Source: an uncultured Gammaproteobacteria bacterium (GTDB lineage: Bacteria > Patescibacteriota > Microgenomatia > Levybacterales > UBA12049). Taken from it: a stretch of DNA of 64,000 nt. Below the pieces are notes generated by a model, which searched no databases, was not told where the DNA came from, and worked only from the letters and a program-made list of their open reading frames with translations. Positions 1 through 9,873 of the stretch are shown here, one piece after another; positions within the stretch are counted from its first letter, which is position 1, and every line of letters begins with the position of its first letter. The stretch spans positions 16,892 to 80,891 of the forward strand of contig CAZKJM010000001.1 in NCBI GenBank assembly GCA_964553245.1. The letters run 5' to 3'. The position numbers and the translations under genes are program-made.

Positions 1-1127
1 GAACAAATGGTAAAACAACGACCGGTAAACTAATAACTGCAATATTAAAAGAGAATAACTCAAAAGTTATTCATAATGATTCAGGAGCAAATCTTTTAAA
101 CGGAATTGCATCTTCTCTTTTAAAAAATGTAGATAACAACGGTAAAATCAATGCTGATTACGCAATATTTGAAATCGATGAGAATACATTACCCAGCGCA
201 ATCGTAAATACAAATCCACATTTTGTTATCTGCCTAAATTTATTTAGAGACCAGCTGGATAGATATGGAGAAGTAGATGCAATTGCAAAAAAGTGGAAAA
301 ATTCATTCAGTAAATTAAACAACAGCACCATTTTTATAATGAATGCTGATGATCCTCTTATTGCAAATATTGCTTCAGGAATACAAAAAAAAATATATTA
401 TTTTGGTCTGGAAAATAAACAATTAGTAATTAAAGAAGAACAAAACGCTGCTGACTCTATCTACTGCCCAAACTGTCAAAATAAACTTGAATATGAAGAT
501 GTTTATTTTGCGCATTTAGGCAACTGGAAATGTTACCACTGCGAGTCAAGAAGACCAAAATTAGATATTTCGGAATATAAATATTATCCACTATTTGGAA
601 CTTATAACATATATAACACATTAGCTTCGGTTATGTTTGCGACTCTTAATAACATACCATTAGATAGAATTACTCAGGCATTTAAAAAATTTAAGCCGGC
701 ATTTGGAAGACAAGAAAAAATTAATTATAAAAATACAGATTTTTACTTGTATTTGTCGAAAAATCCGACAAGTTTTAACGAATCATTAAGAACCGTTAAC
801 AATTTAAACTCCACTGTACTTTTATTGATCTTAAATGACAGAATTCCAGACGGAAGAGATATTTCGTGGATCTACGACATCGATTTTGAAAAACTGTTGA
901 AAAAAAATCAAAAAATTATTATTTCGGGGGACAGAGCTTATGAAATGGCATTAAGAATAAAATATGCTGATATCATAAAAGATTATCTAGTTTTTGATGA
1001 TTTAAATGATGCAGTTAATTACATTATTAAAAAATATCAATTTCAATCTACAAATATCTATGCTCTTCCCACATACTCTGCAATGCTTGAATTAAGAAAA
1101 ATACTAACAGGAAAAAAAATACTATGA
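1..1127 (+). CDS. murT: Lipid II isoglutaminyl synthase, Mur-ligase-like subunit MurT (5' end cut by window edge; frame 3)
   Basis: ORF open from the window start in frame 3. Mur-ligase P-loop TNGKTTTGK at the first residues. Cys4 ribbon CPNCQNK...CYHC. C-terminal DUF1727-like region. Stop TGA overlaps the ATG of the next gene (ATGA). Confidence 0.85.
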   Translation, partial: TNGKTTTGKLITAILKENNSKVIHNDSGANLLNGIASSLLKNVDNNGKINADYAIFEIDENTLPSAIVNTNPHFVICLNLFRDQLDRYGEVDAIAKKWKNSFSKLNNSTIFIMNADDPLIANIASGIQKKIYYFGLENKQLVIKEEQNAADSIYCPNCQNKLEYEDVYFAHLGNWKCYHCESRRPKLDISEYKYYPLFGTYNIYNTLASVMFATLNNIPLDRITQAFKKFKPAFGRQEKINYKNTDFYLYLSKNPTSFNESLRTVNNLNSTVLLLILNDRIPDGRDISWIYDIDFEKLLKKNQKIIISGDRAYEMALRIKYADIIKDYLVFDDLNDAVNYIIKKYQFQSTNIYALPTYSAMLELRKILTGKKIL

Positions 1128-1867
1128 AATTAGTTATTGCGTGGCTATATCCAAACTTGATGAATACATACGGAGACAGGGGCAATATAATCTGTCTTAA
1201 AAAAAGATGTGAATGGAGAAATATTCAAACAGAAATTAAAGAGCTAAACATTGGATTTGATAAAAAATTACTTGACCAAGCTGATATTTTATTTATGGGA
1301 GGCGCACAGGATAAACAGCAGAGAATCGTAGAGAAAGATTTAAGAAATAAAAGAAATAATCTTGTAGAAATATTAAAAAATAATACCCCAGGATTATTTA
1401 TATGCGGAGCCTATCAACTATTTGGGAATTATTACAAAGACTCAAGCGGATTAACAATAAAAGGACTGGAAATTCTGAATATACATACAGAATCAAATAG
1501 ACACAAAAGAATGATCGGAAATATTTTAATAAAAACTGATTTTAACTCGGGAAATAAAATGATAATAGGTTTTGAAAATCATGGCGGAGAGACTTATTTA
1601 GAAAAAAATGTTAAGCCTTTTGGTAAAGTAATAAAAGGTTATGGAAACAATGGAGTAGATAAATATGAAGGTGTCCTATACAACAATTGGATATTTACAT
1701 ATATGCATGGACCACTGTTGCCTAAGAATCCGGAAATCGCTGACTTTTTAATTAAATGTGCTTTGGAAAAAAAATACAATACTAATATTCTACTTTCTAA
1801 ATTAGATGAGGAATTGGAAAAAAAAGCCAGAGAAACAATTGCAAGAAAGCTTAATATTAGACTATAA
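1124..1867 (+). CDS. gatD: Glutamine amidotransferase GatD (CobB/CobQ-like GATase partner of MurT)
   Basis: 247 aa. GATase class-I-like with nucleophile Cys in FICGAYQ and a His near the C-terminus. Translationally coupled to murT by a 4-nt overlap. Confidence 0.8.
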   Translation: MKLVIAWLYPNLMNTYGDRGNIICLKKRCEWRNIQTEIKELNIGFDKKLLDQADILFMGGAQDKQQRIVEKDLRNKRNNLVEILKNNTPGLFICGAYQLFGNYYKDSSGLTIKGLEILNIHTESNRHKRMIGNILIKTDFNSGNKMIIGFENHGGETYLEKNVKPFGKVIKGYGNNGVDKYEGVLYNNWIFTYMHGPLLPKNPEIADFLIKCALEKKYNTNILLSKLDEELEKKARETIARKLNIRL

Positions 1868-1883
1868 TAACAAAAATAACAAA

Positions 1884-2162
1884 ATGAAAATTAACATCGA
1901 TAAGATTGCTAAATTAGCAAATTTAAAACTGTCTGACAATGAAAAAATTACATTAGAAAAACAATTGGAGGAAATTTTAAAATATGTAGAAAAGTTAAAT
2001 ACCTTAAACACAACCGATGTAACCGAAACTTCTCAAGTAACGAATCTTATAAATATCACTAGGAAAGACACTACCGATAAATCTCTTAAAAAAAATGAAG
2101 CGCTGTCTCAATCAAAAAATACAATTGATGATTTTTTTCATGTAGATGTGGTACTTGAATAA
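1884..2162 (+). CDS. gatC: Asp/Glu-tRNA amidotransferase subunit C
   Basis: MKINIDKIAKLANLKLSDNEKITLEKQLEEILKYVEKLN is a typical GatC. The start is moved to the internal ATG at 1884, because the track ORF from 1806 overlaps gatD. Stop overlaps the gatA start. Confidence 0.8.
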   Translation: MKINIDKIAKLANLKLSDNEKITLEKQLEEILKYVEKLNTLNTTDVTETSQVTNLINITRKDTTDKSLKKNEALSQSKNTIDDFFHVDVVLE

Positions 2163-3580
2163 TGAATATAAAAAACGAAAATAATTTAACAATAAAAAAA
2201 ACTAAATCGTCTCTTGAAAAGAGAGAAATATCTTCTGTTGAGCTTACAAATAAGTATTTAAAAAAAATAAAAATGTTAAACCCAAAACTAAATGCGTTTA
2301 TAACGGTCAATGAAGAATTTGCATTAAAACAAGCGGAAAATGCCGACAAAATGTATAGGGATGGAAAAAAAATGCCATTATTAGGAATACCGATCGCGCT
2401 TAAAGATTTATTTTTAACAAAAGGTTTAAAAACAACAGCTTCTTCAAAAATGCTTGATAACTATGTGCCACAATATGATGCAATGGTTGTAGAAAAATTA
2501 AATTCTGCCGGAGCAATAATTATTGGAAAATTAAATTGTGATGCTTGGGCTCATGGGTCGAGTGGAGAAAATTCAGACTATGGAGTAGTAAGAAATCCTT
2601 GGAATACCGATTACATTCCCGGAGGGTCAAGCAGCGGATCGGCAGTTGCAGTTGCCTCTGATACATGCATTGCTTCAACAGGTACAGATACAGGAGGATC
2701 AATAAGGCTTCCTGCAAGTTTTTGCAATGTTGTAGGCCTAAAGCCAACCTATGGCAGAGTAAGTCGTTATGGAATAATTGCAATGGCATCATCTCTTGAC
2801 TCAATAGGACACTTTACAAAAACGGTTGAAGATTCTGCACTAATGCTTAATGTTACTTCAGGAAAAGACACTAAAGATGCAACAACTGCTGATATTGATT
2901 CAAAAAACTTTGAGAGTAAATTAGAAAATTCTATAAAAGGAATAAAAATAGGTTTACCAAAAGAATATTTCAATAACTCATTAAATAAAAACATAAAAGA
3001 TGCAATAGATAAAGCATTAATGTTTTACAGTGAAAACGGGGCGGAAATTATTGATATTTCCCTACCTCATACGGAATACTCAATAGCCTGTTATTATATA
3101 ATTCAACCTGCAGAAGTATCCTCAAACTTAGCAAGATACGATGGGATTAGATATGGAAACACAAGAGATTATTTTAAAGAAGAAGCAAAAAGAAGAATAA
3201 TATTGGGCACATTTACATTATCTGCGGGATATTATGATGCGTATTACAAAAAGGCAATGCAAGTTAGAACGCTAATAAAACAAGATTTCGAAAAAGCATT
3301 CGAAAAAGTAGATGCAATAATTACTCCTACATCCCCTTCTCTACCATGGAAGATAGGGGAGAAAACAAATGACCCATTAAAAATGTACCTATCGGACATT
3401 TATACTGTAACAGCAAATCTAGCAGGAATTCCAGGAATATCCATTCCCATAGGATTTTCAAACAATTTACCCGTTGGAATGCAAATACTTGGTCCACATT
3501 TTTCCGAAAAACTGCTGTTTAACCTTGGACATCAATACGAAATTAATCATGAATGGCATAAAATGCAACCAAAAATATGA
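2162..3580 (+). CDS. gatA: Glu/Asp-tRNA amidotransferase subunit A (amidase signature family)
   Basis: 472 aa. Amidase signature GGSSSGSAVAVA and Ser-cisSer-Lys context. Operon position between gatC and gatB. Confidence 0.92.
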   Translation: MNIKNENNLTIKKTKSSLEKREISSVELTNKYLKKIKMLNPKLNAFITVNEEFALKQAENADKMYRDGKKMPLLGIPIALKDLFLTKGLKTTASSKMLDNYVPQYDAMVVEKLNSAGAIIIGKLNCDAWAHGSSGENSDYGVVRNPWNTDYIPGGSSSGSAVAVASDTCIASTGTDTGGSIRLPASFCNVVGLKPTYGRVSRYGIIAMASSLDSIGHFTKTVEDSALMLNVTSGKDTKDATTADIDSKNFESKLENSIKGIKIGLPKEYFNNSLNKNIKDAIDKALMFYSENGAEIIDISLPHTEYSIACYYIIQPAEVSSNLARYDGIRYGNTRDYFKEEAKRRIILGTFTLSAGYYDAYYKKAMQVRTLIKQDFEKAFEKVDAIITPTSPSLPWKIGEKTNDPLKMYLSDIYTVTANLAGIPGISIPIGFSNNLPVGMQILGPHFSEKLLFNLGHQYEINHEWHKMQPKI

Positions 3581-4893
3581 AACATAAACCAGTAATAGGA
3601 CTTGAAGTTCATATTGAATTATCCACAAAATCAAAAATGTTTTGTAATTGTTCTGCAAAATACTTTGGAGAACAACCCAATTCCCATACCTGTCCTGTTT
3701 GCCTAGGATTACCCGGAGCATTACCAGTTCCTAACGAAAAAGCAATTGAACACTGTAGAAAAATCGGCCTAGCACTTAACTGCGGTTTAAATGAATTTTC
3801 TAAATTCGACAGAAAAAATTATTTTTATCCGGATTTACCTAAGGGATATCAAATTTCACAATACGATTTTCCATTTTGCGTAAACGGATACATAGAAATT
3901 GGAAAAGAAAATAAAAAGATAAGAATCAAAAGAGTGCATATGGAAGAAGACACAGGAAAACTCATGCACGAAGATAAGAAAACACTTATCGATTTTAACC
4001 GTTCAGGAGTACCATTAGTAGAAATAGTTTCTGAACCAGATTTCGAAAACGGATCGGAAGTGGTCGAATATCTAAAAGCGGTTCAACAAATCGTAAGATA
4101 CCTTGATGTTTCCGATGCAAATATGGAAAAAGGCGAAATGAGACTTGAACCAAACATATCCTTAAAAGAAGAATTTGCTGAAAAATTACCCGAATATAAG
4201 GTAGAAGTAAAGAATATCAATTCTTTTAGATTTGTAGAAAAAGCTATTAATTACGAAATAAAAAGACAGGAAGAATTATTAAAATTAGGTGAAACTCCAA
4301 TGCAAGAGACAAGAGGCTGGAATGAAATAAAACAAAAAACTTTCTCGCAAAGGTCTAAGGAGGAAGCTCATGATTATCGGTATTTTCCCGAACCTGACAT
4401 ACCACCATTATCGATTATAAAAAAAGATATCCAAAAATTAAAAAATTCATTACCAGAACTTCCTAAAGAAAAATTATTAAGATTTATAAATGAATATTCA
4501 ATCACTTATTACAATGCAGAAATACTTACACGTGATATTTCATTAGCAAATTTTTATGAAAAAACGGTATTAGAAGCAAAAAAAATTAACATTTTGCCCA
4601 AAAAAATAGCCAATTTAATAATTAATAAAAAAATAAATATACAAAAAACTACAATTTCTACACTTCTTTCCGAAATAAATTGTGCTAATCAAACAGATAA
4701 TATTTCCAAAGAAGAAATTTTAGATGCTATAGAAAAAACACTAGAAAAGAACAAATCAGCGCTTGAGGATTATAAAAAAGGCAAAACTCAAGTAATTGGT
4801 TTTTTAATAGGGCAAGTCGGGAAAACCTTGGAAAAAAAAGTTAACGCAAGTAATATAAAAATGTTGCTTGAAGAAAAATTAAAAAATGAGTGA
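3577..4893 (+). CDS. gatB: Glu/Asp-tRNA amidotransferase subunit B
   Basis: N-terminus MKHKPVIGLEVHIELSTKSKMFCNC...CPVCLGLPGALPV is a GatB/GatE hallmark. C-terminal YqeY-like tail present. 4-nt overlap with gatA. Confidence 0.92.
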   Translation: MKHKPVIGLEVHIELSTKSKMFCNCSAKYFGEQPNSHTCPVCLGLPGALPVPNEKAIEHCRKIGLALNCGLNEFSKFDRKNYFYPDLPKGYQISQYDFPFCVNGYIEIGKENKKIRIKRVHMEEDTGKLMHEDKKTLIDFNRSGVPLVEIVSEPDFENGSEVVEYLKAVQQIVRYLDVSDANMEKGEMRLEPNISLKEEFAEKLPEYKVEVKNINSFRFVEKAINYEIKRQEELLKLGETPMQETRGWNEIKQKTFSQRSKEEAHDYRYFPEPDIPPLSIIKKDIQKLKNSLPELPKEKLLRFINEYSITYYNAEILTRDISLANFYEKTVLEAKKINILPKKIANLIINKKINIQKTTISTLLSEINCANQTDNISKEEILDAIEKTLEKNKSALEDYKKGKTQVIGFLIGQVGKTLEKKVNASNIKMLLEEKLKNE

Positions 4894-5620
4894 ACAAACA
4901 TTGGAACAACCAGTTATAAAAAAAAGTAAAAATTCAGAGATACAAAAAAGAGTTGAAAGAAGAAAGGGAATCATCAAAGAAAGATACAGATATGAAGACC
5001 CAGTCGCAAATCAACTTGCAAGAGATACTATAGCAGCGGAACTAAGAAATGAAAGACAAATTAAAAAAGACCTAGAAAAAGAAGGCGAAATTGACCACTT
5101 AACAGGAATTTATAACAGGAGAGGATTTGAATTACACATAAAAGAAGAATTACAAAGTGCTAAAAGACATAATTATGATTTAACAATACTTTATTTGGAT
5201 GCAAATAAATTTAAAGAAATAAACGATACCTTTGGACACAGAATCGGAGACGAATACTTAATCAAAATTGCTCAGGCAATAAAAACTGCATGTAGAAGCA
5301 CAGACGTTTTTGCAAGATTAGGAGGAGACGAATTTGCTATTCTTCTTTCCGACACAAAAATTGAAAACGTTGATTCTTTTTGGAACAGAATAAATGAGTT
5401 GTTTAATAAAAGCAAAATAAGTATTAACGAAGAATCTCAAAGCCCAAGAACAATAATCGATGGTTTAAAAATATCAGCAGGAGCTGCAAAAGTTGATCTT
5501 GAAAACTGTAGTCAATCAATTGATCAAGCAGATAAAGCAATGTATAAAGCAAAGGAATTCGCAAGCCTAACGGGAGAAAATACGCTGATTAGATTCGATC
5601 AAATACACCATGAAGTTTAA
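4886..5620 (+). CDS. Standalone GGDEF-domain diguanylate cyclase with a charged/coiled N-terminal ~70 aa
   Basis: LTGIYNRRGFE ... RLGGDEFAIL: GG(D/E)EF active-site motif intact. No sensor, EAL or HD-GYP domain. 8-nt overlap with the gatB end. Confidence 0.8.
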   Translation: MSEQTLEQPVIKKSKNSEIQKRVERRKGIIKERYRYEDPVANQLARDTIAAELRNERQIKKDLEKEGEIDHLTGIYNRRGFELHIKEELQSAKRHNYDLTILYLDANKFKEINDTFGHRIGDEYLIKIAQAIKTACRSTDVFARLGGDEFAILLSDTKIENVDSFWNRINELFNKSKISINEESQSPRTIIDGLKISAGAAKVDLENCSQSIDQADKAMYKAKEFASLTGENTLIRFDQIHHEV

Positions 5621-5631
5621 AACTAACTAAT

Positions 5632-8600
5632 ATGTCCGATTTTATACATCTTCATAATCATACCGAATATTCACTCCTGGATGGTCTTGGAAAAGTTAAA
5701 GAAATGGTCAAAAGAGCAAAGGAGCTAAATATGGACGCATTGGCAATTACAGATCATGGAAATATGTATGGTGTAATAAATTTTTATAAAGCATGTATCG
5801 AAGAAGGAATAAAACCAATAATCGGTTGCGAGGTTTATATGAGTAAAAGATCAAGGCACGATAAAGAAACAGGTCTCGATTCCGATTATACTCACTTAGT
5901 CCTGTTGGCGAAGAACATCACAGGATACAAAAATTTAATGAAAATTGTCTCGGCAGCTCATCTTGAAGGATATTACTACAAACCACGCGCAGATTTAGAA
6001 TTGCTAAAACAATATAGCGATGGACTTATTTGCCTTACGGCATGTGTAGGAGGATATATTGCAAATCCTATTATTGAAAACGATGAAGAAACAGCCCTTA
6101 AAAGAGTAAATTCATTAATGGAAATTTTTGATAAAGATCACTTGTACCTTGAGATACAAAAACACGTTAATCTAAAAGAGCAAGATATTGTAAACGAAAA
6201 ACTTATTGAATATTCAAAAAAGTTTGGATTACCTTTAGTTGCTACAAATGATAATCATTATATATTCCCCGAGGATGCAGAAGCTCAAGACGCATTGGTG
6301 TGTGTTCAAATGCAAACAACTTTAGATAATAAAGATCGAAAACTTACAATGATGTCTTTTCCGGATATTTATATGCGCTCTCAAGAAGAAATGAAAGGAC
6401 TTTTTGTTCAAAATCCGGAAGCTATTGAAAATACGATAAAAATAGCTAATATGTGCAACCTGGAAATTCAGCTTGGAAAATGGATTATGCCTATTTTTGA
6501 TGTTCCAGGTGGAATTAGCGCAGCTGAATATATTCAAAAAAATGTAAACGAAGGATTAATCAAAAGGTATGGAAAAATTACAGAAGAAATTAAAGAAAGA
6601 ACAAATTACGAACTTTCAATAATCCTTAAAAAGGGATACGAAACTTATATATTAATTGTTGCAGATTTTGTAAATTGGGCAAAATCAAACGGTATTACAG
6701 TCGGTCCTGGAAGGGGATCAAATGCTGGATCAATCGTTTCATATGCATTAAACATTTCCGATGTTGATCCGTTGTTTTTTAAATTGCCTTTTGAGCGGTT
6801 TTTAAACCCAATGAGACCTTCTCCTCCGGATATTGATCTTGATTTTGCAGACAATAGAAGAGACGAAGTCATTGAATACGTGACAAATAAATACGGGAAA
6901 GATAAAGTAGCACAAATTATCACTTTTGGAACAATCGAAGCTAGAGGTTCGGTAAGAGATATGGGAAGAGTAATGGGTCTTCCCTATTCTGTCCCCGACC
7001 GTATTGCAAAAATGATTCCTGCAGGATGGCAAGGACATGCAATGACAATAGACAAAGCTTTGGAACAAAGTGCAGATCTGAAAATCGCTTATTCTACAGA
7101 ACCAGAGACAAAACGTCTCTTAGATCTGGCAAGAAAAGTAGAAGGGGTTGCAAGGCATGCATCTGTCCACGCTGCAGGGGTTGTAATAGCAGATAAACCA
7201 ATTACAGAATATGCCCCACTACAAAAAGAGCCAAATGGAGAAAAAATAATCACCCAATACGATATGTATTCTGCTGGAGAAGATGGTGTCGGTCTTTTAA
7301 AAATTGATTTCTTGGGCCTTAGAAACCTTACAATTATTCAAGAATCTCTTAAATTTATAAAAGAAAATCGAGATATTGAAATTGATTTTTCAAAGATTTC
7401 TTTTGATGATAAAAAAACATATGATCTTTTATCATCTGGAGAAACAACCGGTATATTTCAACTAGAATCTCCCGGAATGAGAAGATACATAAAAGAATTA
7501 AAACCTACAACTATATTTGATTTGCAGGCAATGGTTGCCCTATATCGTCCCGGTCCAATGGCAAACATTCCTGAATTTATAAAAAGAAAACATAATCCTT
7601 TACTTATTAAATACCCTGATCCAAGACTAGCAGATACGCTTAAAGAATCATATGGAATTATTACTTTTCAAGATGATTTATTACTTACTGCAATAAATGT
7701 TGCAGGATATTCTTGGCTTGAGGCTGACAAATTAAGAAAAGCTGTTGGTAAAAAAATTCCATCAGAGATGAAAAAACAACATGATAAGTTTATACAAGGC
7801 TGTGTAGATAACGGAATGTCCAAAACCAATGCGGAACATTTATGGATTCAATTTGAACCATTCGCAGGCTATGGATTTGGTAAAGCTCACGCAGCTTGCT
7901 ATGCAACAATTGCTTTTAGAACAGCTTACCTAAAAGCACACTACCCCGTTGAGTTTATGACTGCGTTGTTAACCGCAGAATCGCGAGGATCCTCTGGTCC
8001 AACTAAAGACGAAAAGATTGCCCAAGCCGTCGCAGAGTGCAAAAGATTAGATGTAAAAGTTCTTCCTCCAAACATAAATAAATCAGGTGATGAATTCACT
8101 ATAGAAGATGGTATAAAAATAAGATTTGGATTATCTGCTATAAAAAACGTAGGAGATGCTGCGATTCATTCTATTTTAGGATCGAGAAATAATGGAGTGT
8201 TTAAAAGCTTTGAAGATTTCTGCGAAAGAGTAGATTTAGGACCAGTAAATAAAAAAACTATAGAAAGCTTAATTAAGGCCGGAGCAATGGATATATTCGG
8301 AAACAGAGCAAGTCTTCTAATTCAATATCCTGAAATTGTCGAAAAGACAAATCAAAAACAAAAGCAAAAAGCAAAAGGTCAAACAAGCTTATTTGATGAT
8401 CCCTCAATGGATCCTCCTTCTTCTTTTAAGAAACAGTCGATCGAGGACTTTTCCGAAACTGAAAAATTGGCTTTTGAAAAAGAATTTCTAGGTTTCTACC
8501 TTACTTCTCATCCTCAAATCCATAATTTAATGAATATAAAAAAATTCATCAGTCACGAAATTGATTTACTTTTGGAGGAAATCGAAGGATCAACTGTTAC

Positions 8601-8841
8601 AATCGGTGGACTTGTTGAAAATGTAAAAAAAATATTTACAAAAAAGAACAACCAGGAAATGGCATTTGTAACCATAAGTGACGAAAAAGGTCTAACAATT
8701 GAATGTGTAGTTTTTCCAAAAATTTTTGAGCGATTTAAAAAATACTTAAATAAGGAATCTGTTATCGTTGTTAATGGTCGTTTAGATGTTAAGAACGACA
8801 AGCCTGTAATTATTGTTGAGAAAATATCATTTTTCAGTTAA
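5632..8841 (+). CDS. dnaE: DNA polymerase III alpha subunit (DnaE-type, PHP domain N-terminal)
   Basis: 1069 aa. PHP motif HLHNHTEYSLLDG. Polymerase core motifs (GFGKAHAACYA). OB fold at the C-terminus. Confidence 0.93.
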   Translation: MSDFIHLHNHTEYSLLDGLGKVKEMVKRAKELNMDALAITDHGNMYGVINFYKACIEEGIKPIIGCEVYMSKRSRHDKETGLDSDYTHLVLLAKNITGYKNLMKIVSAAHLEGYYYKPRADLELLKQYSDGLICLTACVGGYIANPIIENDEETALKRVNSLMEIFDKDHLYLEIQKHVNLKEQDIVNEKLIEYSKKFGLPLVATNDNHYIFPEDAEAQDALVCVQMQTTLDNKDRKLTMMSFPDIYMRSQEEMKGLFVQNPEAIENTIKIANMCNLEIQLGKWIMPIFDVPGGISAAEYIQKNVNEGLIKRYGKITEEIKERTNYELSIILKKGYETYILIVADFVNWAKSNGITVGPGRGSNAGSIVSYALNISDVDPLFFKLPFERFLNPMRPSPPDIDLDFADNRRDEVIEYVTNKYGKDKVAQIITFGTIEARGSVRDMGRVMGLPYSVPDRIAKMIPAGWQGHAMTIDKALEQSADLKIAYSTEPETKRLLDLARKVEGVARHASVHAAGVVIADKPITEYAPLQKEPNGEKIITQYDMYSAGEDGVGLLKIDFLGLRNLTIIQESLKFIKENRDIEIDFSKISFDDKKTYDLLSSGETTGIFQLESPGMRRYIKELKPTTIFDLQAMVALYRPGPMANIPEFIKRKHNPLLIKYPDPRLADTLKESYGIITFQDDLLLTAINVAGYSWLEADKLRKAVGKKIPSEMKKQHDKFIQGCVDNGMSKTNAEHLWIQFEPFAGYGFGKAHAACYATIAFRTAYLKAHYPVEFMTALLTAESRGSSGPTKDEKIAQAVAECKRLDVKVLPPNINKSGDEFTIEDGIKIRFGLSAIKNVGDAAIHSILGSRNNGVFKSFEDFCERVDLGPVNKKTIESLIKAGAMDIFGNRASLLIQYPEIVEKTNQKQKQKAKGQTSLFDDPSMDPPSSFKKQSIEDFSETEKLAFEKEFLGFYLTSHPQIHNLMNIKKFISHEIDLLLEEIEGSTVTIGGLVENVKKIFTKKNNQEMAFVTISDEKGLTIECVVFPKIFERFKKYLNKESVIVVNGRLDVKNDKPVIIVEKISFFS

Positions 8842-8848
8842 AAAACTC

Positions 8849-8877
8849 TTGACTTAAACACAAGTTACAATTAAAAT
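8849..8877 (+). promoter_or_regulatory. Sigma70-like promoter of the atp operon (TTGACT-N17-TAAAAT); predicted TSS about 1-2 nt before the atpB ATG (leaderless)
   Basis: TTGACT at 8849-8854, 17-nt spacer, TAAAAT at 8872-8877. atpB ATG at 8886. Confidence 0.5.
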
Positions 8878-8885
8878 AAAGCAAA

Positions 8886-9662
8886 ATGGTTTCATTTGCG
8901 GCAGAACCTATTTTTAGGATAGGTTCTTTTTCAGTTACAAATACGCTTGTTAATACCGCATTAATAGACGCTACACTTCTAAGCGTTTGTTTCGTCACCT
9001 CAAAAAAAATAAAATATGTACCTGGAAAGTTACAAAATATTCTGGAATACATTATTCAAGTATTTAATGACTTAATCGAATCAGTTGCTCCAAATAGGGG
9101 AAAAATAATATTACCGTTTGTAGTAACTTTTTTTGTTTTTATTTTACTAATAAACTGGAGTGGGCTTTTACCCGGTGTTGGAACTATCGGATTCTTTGAA
9201 GAACACGAACATAAAAAAGTGCTAATCCCCTTAGTTAGGGCAGCCACAAGCGATATAAATACAACCTTAGCTCTTGCCTTAGTTTCCGCAGTCTCCACTC
9301 ACGTTTTAAGCATTAAATTAACCGGAATAAAGGATTATTTAAGTAGATTCTTTTCTATAAATCCAATAAATCTTTTCGTGGGGCTACTCGAGTTAGTGTC
9401 GGAAATTACAAAGGTTGTCTCTTTATCATTCCGTCTTTTTGGCAATATTTTTGCAGGTGAAGTTGTATTGGTTACAGTATCATCTTTATTTGCATTCTTA
9501 TTTCCACTTCCTTTTATGTTACTGGAAGTAATCGTAGGAATAGTTCAGGCATTAGTATTTGCCATGCTTACAATGTCTTTTATGGCTATAATGACAACCC
9601 CTCATCATGCGCATGAAAATATCATAGAAAATCATATAAATGGCAAGGAGGTGAGGAAATAG
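8886..9662 (+). CDS. atpB: F0F1 ATP synthase subunit a
   Basis: 258 aa polytopic. RLFGNIFAGEVVL motif with the conserved Arg of subunit a. Confidence 0.9.
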   Translation: MVSFAAEPIFRIGSFSVTNTLVNTALIDATLLSVCFVTSKKIKYVPGKLQNILEYIIQVFNDLIESVAPNRGKIILPFVVTFFVFILLINWSGLLPGVGTIGFFEEHEHKKVLIPLVRAATSDINTTLALALVSAVSTHVLSIKLTGIKDYLSRFFSINPINLFVGLLELVSEITKVVSLSFRLFGNIFAGEVVLVTVSSLFAFLFPLPFMLLEVIVGIVQALVFAMLTMSFMAIMTTPHHAHENIIENHINGKEVRK

Positions 9663-9868
9663 TGTCGTTTACAATAACAGGAGGATTAGTAATTGTGCTT
9701 GGGGGCATGTTTCCAGCTCTTGCTATCGCATTAATTGGATTAAAAGCAATGGAAGCAATTGGAAGAAATCCTGAAGCTGCGAGCAAAATTATGACACCTA
9801 TGCTTTTAGGTATGGCATTTGCCGAAGCTATTGCAATTTATTCTCTAGTATTAGCATTTATTAAATAA
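9662..9868 (+). CDS. atpE: F0F1 ATP synthase subunit c (H+-type: E not followed by S/T)
   Basis: 68 aa two-helix hairpin. GRNPEAAS loop. Carboxylate in AFAEAIAIY. GTG start preceded by a strong SD, AAGGAGGTGA, at 9645-9654. Confidence 0.9.
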   Translation: MSFTITGGLVIVLGGMFPALAIALIGLKAMEAIGRNPEAASKIMTPMLLGMAFAEAIAIYSLVLAFIK

Positions 9869-9873
9869 TAGCT

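Noticed and set aside
1806-1883. Longer gatC ORF starting at 1806 (MRNWKKKPEKQ...)
   Set aside because: It would overlap the gatD C-terminus by 62 nt. The internal ATG at 1884 gives the canonical GatC N-terminus MKINIDKIAKL.
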